Below are positions 19,123-24,000 of a DNA stretch of 24,000 bases, one piece after another. The notes beneath the pieces were generated by a model. The model had not been told where the DNA came from. It saw nothing but the letters and a program-made list of their open reading frames with translations, and searched no databases. The position numbers and the translations under genes were made by a program. The DNA lies in NCBI GenBank assembly GCA_018653365.1, contig JABIAG010000001.1, forward strand, positions 137,031-161,030, read 5' to 3'. Each line of letters begins with the position of its first letter. Position 1 is the first letter of the stretch. Origin of the DNA: Candidatus Woesearchaeota archaeon. Lineage in GTDB: Archaea; Nanobdellota; Nanobdellia; Woesearchaeales; JABIAG01.

Positions 19123-20295
19123 ATGCTTCCTAAGAAAATTTCTGAAATAGTAGATAATAATGTAAAAATTATATCTAAAAAGTTAGAGTATAAAAAAGAC
19201 TTTTTTGGGGATAGTCCTGCACCATTCATTGGAAGATATGGCTACCCAAATGTAAATGTGGGTGTGTTATCAGCAATTGATTATTCTAAAAAAGATGAAT
19301 TAGATAACCCTCAATTATGGAGTAAGAGTGGAAAAGGGGTTGACGAGATTGCTGGAATTCGAAGTAGTTTGATAAATTCACGTTTTAAATCAAATATATT
19401 TTCTAAACAGGAGAAGTTGAACTTACTTGCAGAAGAGGTGGGCATATCTTCTAAACCTGTTGAGGTAGAAATAGGATTGAAAGATAAACCACAATTTAGA
19501 TTAAACACATATTCACATGCAACTCCCACCGGACCAAATGCCGATCTCGAAAAAGCAAAGATAACGTCTAATGTTAAAGTAGATGTTAAGGTAGAAAAAG
19601 CGCATTCAGACGTTCATTTGAAGGCTGCTAACGCTTTAAACGAATTGTATAAGAAAGGAGTGGATGAAAATAATCTTGCTCGAGCGTTGAGTGTTGGGGG
19701 TTTTGGAATTGGAAAGAATAGAAAGTTAGTTCCAACTAGATGGTCTATCACAGCAACAGATGACATTTTAGGGAAAAAACTAATTTATGATGTTAAAGGA
19801 CTTAACTCATTAGATTGTTATAAACTTTACTTTGGGGGGATACTTGGCAATTATTATTTAATTATGATGTTGCCCGAAATATGGGGTTATGAACTGTTTG
19901 AAATGTCCTTAGCTAACGTTAACAATTACTCTACAGATCACGAATTTTATGCAGGTAGGAAGAAGTATTCATTTTCTTGTGAGGGGGGTTATTATACTGT
20001 AAGGTTGGGTGTGTTGGAGCGAATGATTGAACAGCGGAAACAAGCTACTGCATTGGCATTTAGATTTATAACTTCAGAATATACTGCTCCTCTCGGGGTG
20101 TGGGTAACAAGAGAAGCAACACGAAAAGCACTAATGAGTAAGGCATTCGAATTTAACTCTTATGAAGAAATGATTCTTTTTGGAAAACAACTTATTATGG
20201 ATGAATTTAAATTTGATTTGGGTAAGTTGATTAGTAAGAGTGTATTGTTAAAAGAAAGAAAGGTACAGAAAAAGTTGTTTGAGTTTACGGTATAG
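19123..20295 (+). CDS. Nre-family archaeal DNA repair protein
   Basis: FFGDSPAPFIGRYGYPNVNVGVLS, NTYSHATPTGPNADLEKAK, VPTRWSITATDD and a PIP-like C-terminus QKKLFEFTV match my recollection of NreA/NreB hallmarks. Confidence 0.85.
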   Translation: MLPKKISEIVDNNVKIISKKLEYKKDFFGDSPAPFIGRYGYPNVNVGVLSAIDYSKKDELDNPQLWSKSGKGVDEIAGIRSSLINSRFKSNIFSKQEKLNLLAEEVGISSKPVEVEIGLKDKPQFRLNTYSHATPTGPNADLEKAKITSNVKVDVKVEKAHSDVHLKAANALNELYKKGVDENNLARALSVGGFGIGKNRKLVPTRWSITATDDILGKKLIYDVKGLNSLDCYKLYFGGILGNYYLIMMLPEIWGYELFEMSLANVNNYSTDHEFYAGRKKYSFSCEGGYYTVRLGVLERMIEQRKQATALAFRFITSEYTAPLGVWVTREATRKALMSKAFEFNSYEEMILFGKQLIMDEFKFDLGKLISKSVLLKERKVQKKLFEFTV

Positions 20296-20329
20296 AAAAA
20301 TTATTAAATAAACTGGATGGAGTAAGATT

Positions 20330-21055
20330 ATGGTTGATTTTAAGAAAGAAGTTGCAAAGTTAAAAGACGTATATGAAGAGATCATAAAGTTCGAGGTAGA
20401 CATATCTCAACCCATCATGCCTAGTTTGGACTTTTATAAAAGTCGACAAAACTTGTATTTACAAAGTTTACAAACAGTAGTGGCAGAGTTAAAAAAGACC
20501 GTAAGAGTAATCGAGGTTGAAGAGGGTGAAGAGGCAGTGCTGGATCGAATTAAAAGCGTTGTGGGAAAACTTGATACTAAAAGTAATGATGAGTTGAAGT
20601 TATTAGTTGAAGAATTAATTAAATTAACTAATGATGCGAACATAAAAGAAGAACAAAAAATAGAATTGCCAGCATCAATTCCAAATGATATTTATCCAGA
20701 AGTAGAAGCAGACATGAATGAAATGCAGAAGTGTATGAGTGCGGGGTGTTATAGGAGTGTAGTAATTCTTTGTGGACGGATATTAGAGGTAGTGTTACAT
20801 CGAAAATATTTTGAGGCAACACAAAATGATCTACTTGAAAAAAGTCCAGGTATTGGTTTGGGAAGTTTAATTGCTAAAATGAAAGAACGAGGTCTTGAGT
20901 TTGATCCTGGATTGACGCAGCAGATACATCTAATAAATCAAATAAGAGTATTTAGTGTACATAAGAAACAACAACCATTTCAACCCTCAAGAGCACAAGC
21001 CCAAGCTATTATGTTATATACTGGAGATGTTTTAGAAAAAATGTTTAAAGAATAA
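20330..21055 (+). CDS. DUF4145/HEPN-like protein
   Basis: MSAGCYRSVVILCGRILEVVLHRKY...GIGLGSLIAKMKERG...INQIRVFSVHKKQQPFQPSRAQAQAIMLYTGDVLEKMF has a DUF4145-like helical pattern with Rx4H (RVFSVH). Confidence 0.6.
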   Translation: MVDFKKEVAKLKDVYEEIIKFEVDISQPIMPSLDFYKSRQNLYLQSLQTVVAELKKTVRVIEVEEGEEAVLDRIKSVVGKLDTKSNDELKLLVEELIKLTNDANIKEEQKIELPASIPNDIYPEVEADMNEMQKCMSAGCYRSVVILCGRILEVVLHRKYFEATQNDLLEKSPGIGLGSLIAKMKERGLEFDPGLTQQIHLINQIRVFSVHKKQQPFQPSRAQAQAIMLYTGDVLEKMFKE

Positions 21056-21070
21056 GTTGGGGTTTAATGT

Positions 21071-22936
21071 TTATATCAAAATTGCTTTAATTCTTCTTAT
21101 GCCTGCAGCTGAACTCTCTTCCTTCTTTATTTTGAAAGTACCTAGCTCTTTAGTGTTAGTTGTATGAGGCCCCATGCAGATTTCTTTAGAGTAGTTTCCA
21201 ATTGAGTAAACAGAAACTTTATCTGGATATTTAGCACCAAATTCTGCCTGTGCACCCTGTTTGATTGCTTGTTCGGGAGCCATTTCTTCTTTTTTTACTT
21301 CTAATCCTTGCTTTATGATCTTGTTTACTTCTGCTTCAACTTGTTGTTTTTCTTCGTCTGTAAGTTTTCTGTCGAAGTTAAAGTCGTAACGCAGTCGTTC
21401 CTCAGTTATGTTGGAACCTTTTTGTTTAATACTTGGATCTTTTAGTACTTTTCTTAAGACCTCAGCAAGAATGTGGGTCGCAGTGTGAAGTTTAGCAGTA
21501 GTTTCTGAAGATTCAGACAACCCCCCTTTAAACTTTTTTTCTGCTCCAATTCGAGATAGTTTTTGGTGATCTTCATATTCTTTATTGAATCCTTTAACGT
21601 CAATAGGTACATTATTTTCTTTAGCTAGTTCTTCAATCATCTCAATTGGGAACCCATAGGACTGGAAAAGTAAAAATGCTTCTTTTGAAGTTACTTTATT
21701 GTCTTTTTCAATCATCTTTTGAAGTTCTTTAAGTCCTTTATCCAATGTTTTTTGAAATTTATCTTCTTCTCGTTTTAATTCATCAAAAATGATTTTTTGT
21801 TTTGTTTTCAAATGAGGATATTCTTCCTGATACATTTTAATAACTATTTTAGCTAGATCTACAGTTGCATCAATTTTGAAAAGGTCTACATCAAGTAAAC
21901 GTAAATGTCTTAAAGCTCGTCTAATCAATCTTCTGACAATGTACCCTTGATCGGTATTGCTTGGCGAAATACCATCAGCAATAATAAATGTTGCAGCTTT
22001 AATGTGATCTGCAATAATTCGAATTGAACACATGGTTTCTTTCCAACATTCAGGCACTGTTTCAAATCCCAAAGTTCCTTTAGGAAAGCTATATTTTTTA
22101 TCTGAAATCTTTTCAATTTCTTTAATGAGGGGTTGCCAAAGTTCAGTAAGATAATGATCTTCATGACCCTGAAGAATAGTAATAATTCTTTCAACTCCTG
22201 CTCCAAAATCAATATTTTTTTGTTCAAGTTTGTGGTACTTCCCTTTTTCGTCTTTATTATACTCCATTAAAACATCATTTCCTAATTCAACCCAGGTATC
22301 ATCTTCAGGATCGAATGATTTGGGTGCAGGTTTATTGTTATCTTTCCAATAAAAAAATTCAGTATTAGGACCACAAGGACCTGAAGTGCCTGCAGGACCC
22401 CAAAAGTTTTCAGATTTAGGAAGAAAAGCAATTCTTTCTTTTGGAATGTTTAAAGATAACCAGGTTTGTTCCGATTCAGTATCTTTTGGAGCATCCTCAT
22501 CTCCTTTAAAAACAGTTGCAGCTAATCTTTCAATAGGAACATTTAATTCTTTTGTAATAAATTCAATGGTTAATTCTATTGCCTCTTTTTTCCAGTAATC
22601 TCCTAAACTCCAATTTCCAAGCATTTCAAAGAAAGTATGGTGGTTGCTGTCACCAACTTCATCAATATCCACTGTTCGTATACACCTTTGAACATTTACT
22701 AACCTCTTTCCTTGAGGGTGGGGTTGTCCCAATAAGTTAGGAACTAAGGGTTGCATACCTGCAGTTGTAAATAGTACTGTGGGGTCATTTTGAGGGATTA
22801 AACTAGCATTAATAATCTCTTTATGCCCTTTGCTTTTGAAGAAAGCAATGTACTTCTTTTTGAGTTCTTTTGCAGTTATCATTTTTATTTTGGACTCATT
22901 TTGTGAGTAATCTAAGTAAAGTTGAGAAGGGTTCAT
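21071..22936 (-). CDS. alaS: Alanyl-tRNA synthetase, short bacterial-type form
   Basis: FFKSKGHKEIINASLIPQNDPTVLFTTAGMQPLVPNLLG, HHTFFEMLGNWSLGDYWKKEAIE, GLGTE-region-like WKETMCSIRIIADHIKAATFIIADG, editing-domain HTATH and CMGPH. ATG 22882 (MITAKELKKKY) is the probable start. Confidence 0.93.
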   Translation of the reverse strand: MNPSQLYLDYSQNESKIKMITAKELKKKYIAFFKSKGHKEIINASLIPQNDPTVLFTTAGMQPLVPNLLGQPHPQGKRLVNVQRCIRTVDIDEVGDSNHHTFFEMLGNWSLGDYWKKEAIELTIEFITKELNVPIERLAATVFKGDEDAPKDTESEQTWLSLNIPKERIAFLPKSENFWGPAGTSGPCGPNTEFFYWKDNNKPAPKSFDPEDDTWVELGNDVLMEYNKDEKGKYHKLEQKNIDFGAGVERIITILQGHEDHYLTELWQPLIKEIEKISDKKYSFPKGTLGFETVPECWKETMCSIRIIADHIKAATFIIADGISPSNTDQGYIVRRLIRRALRHLRLLDVDLFKIDATVDLAKIVIKMYQEEYPHLKTKQKIIFDELKREEDKFQKTLDKGLKELQKMIEKDNKVTSKEAFLLFQSYGFPIEMIEELAKENNVPIDVKGFNKEYEDHQKLSRIGAEKKFKGGLSESSETTAKLHTATHILAEVLRKVLKDPSIKQKGSNITEERLRYDFNFDRKLTDEEKQQVEAEVNKIIKQGLEVKKEEMAPEQAIKQGAQAEFGAKYPDKVSVYSIGNYSKEICMGPHTTNTKELGTFKIKKEESSAAGIRRIKAILI

Positions 22937-23022
22937 TTAAATACTTTTTCTCTTTTTTTCTCTTTCAAATGGAAAAATATATAAACAAAATTAGTAAAGT
23001 ATAAGATAAAGATTTTAATGAG

Positions 23023-23538
23023 GTGATTAATATTCCAGAAGACACTCCAACAGATGCAGTAATACAATATAAGCAACAAGGATATGATGATGAAACAATA
23101 AAGCAAGGATTGTCTCAACAAGGATATGGTCCTCAACAAGTTCTAGATGCATTTAATCAAGCAGATATGAAAGGACAAGCAATTGCCGCTCCTGTACAAG
23201 GAATGCAACCTGCACCTCAACAATATGAAGAAAATACTGAAGCAGTAGTAGAATCATTAATTGAAGAGAAATGGCAAGATTTACAAACACAATTAAAAGC
23301 AATAACTGAGTGGAAAGAACGAATAGACTCACAAGTAATAAAGATCACACAAGAAATGGGACTGCTAAAAGAAAATTTTGATAAATTACACGAAGGAGTG
23401 TTGGGTAAAATTTCTGATTATGACGCTAATCTAAAAGATGTGGGTAGTAGTGTAAAAGCAATGGACGAAGTATTTAAAAAAGTAATTCCCACAATGACTG
23501 AAAGTGTAAATAAGTTATCTCGATTAGCTAATAAATAA
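23023..23538 (+). CDS. Hypothetical protein with UBA/CUE-like N-terminus and coiled coil; GTG start
   Basis: DAVIQYKQQGYDDETIKQGLSQQGYGPQQVLDAFNQA forms two similar helical repeats, followed by a Q/P linker and a coiled-coil region. Confidence 0.65.
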   Translation: MINIPEDTPTDAVIQYKQQGYDDETIKQGLSQQGYGPQQVLDAFNQADMKGQAIAAPVQGMQPAPQQYEENTEAVVESLIEEKWQDLQTQLKAITEWKERIDSQVIKITQEMGLLKENFDKLHEGVLGKISDYDANLKDVGSSVKAMDEVFKKVIPTMTESVNKLSRLANK

Positions 23539-23575
23539 TTCTTTTTAATCTATTTTTTTTAAGTACTCTATTTTT

Positions 23576-24000
23576 TTACGCTGGCGGCGTCATAGAAAGA
23601 AGTTTAACTGCTAATGACGCAACAATCAATAAAAATATAACACCCATTACTTTCGGATGAAAAATAGTTCTAGTAACATCCTCATTAAAGTCTGCCGAAC
23701 CTTCTGTTTCTTCCCCATCTACTGCACTGCTGCCTCCAGCAATAACATCTCCAAATACCTGAGAAAGTCCAAATAAGAAAATAGCAATACTAAAACCAAC
23801 AATTACCCATATAACTAGTTTATCTTTAACAAAATAGTTTGTAATTACATCTCCTTTAACACCAAATGCCATCATTAGTAATAAGATAAGGAAGATTACA
23901 ACCATAACAAAAACAAACCAAGGAGCCATTATTGTAATTAAAGCAACAATTGGCGGAAAGAATAAAGTTAAAGAAGCTAAAACTAATGCAACAATTGCAT
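23576..24000 (-). CDS. Multi-TM membrane protein, N-terminus cut by window edge
   Basis: Frame stays open upstream of the listed ATG (23929) to the window end (...AIVALVLASLTLFFPPIVALITIMAPWFVFVM...), with further TM segments inside. Confidence 0.55.
   Translation of the reverse strand, partial: AIVALVLASLTLFFPPIVALITIMAPWFVFVMVVIFLILLLMMAFGVKGDVITNYFVKDKLVIWVIVGFSIAIFLFGLSQVFGDVIAGGSSAVDGEETEGSADFNEDVTRTIFHPKVMGVIFLLIVASLAVKLLSMTPPA

Overview
The window comes from an archaeal genome. Gene content and compact layout suggest a DPANN-like lineage, but that placement is inference. The centre holds an rRNA operon: 16S, then a spacer tRNA-Ala(UGC) with a 35-nt intron at 37/38, then 23S. Long inverted repeats flank both rRNAs, and no 5S gene follows the 23S. 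Left of the operon are a B12-binding-type radical SAM protein (cut by the window edge) coupled to a second radical SAM gene, a DsbA-like thioredoxin-fold protein, an Orc1/Cdc6-like AAA+ ATPase, a GyrI-like protein, an unannotated cluster of micro-ORFs with a structured leader, an HExxH protein, a YrdC/Sua5 protein and a metallophosphoesterase. Right of the operon are an overlapping three-gene surface cluster (lamin-tail-domain protein, membrane-anchored protein, membrane-anchored OB-fold-like protein), a DEDDh exonuclease, a TctA-like permease, an Nre-family DNA repair protein ending in a PIP-like motif, a DUF4145/HEPN-like protein and a short bacterial-type alanyl-tRNA synthetase. The items most worth follow-up are the micro-ORF locus (about 5.1-5.98 kb), the radical SAM pair, the LTD/OB cluster, the tRNA-Ala intron and the compensatory swap in the 16S 5' helix. 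I found no CRISPR array or obvious transposase.
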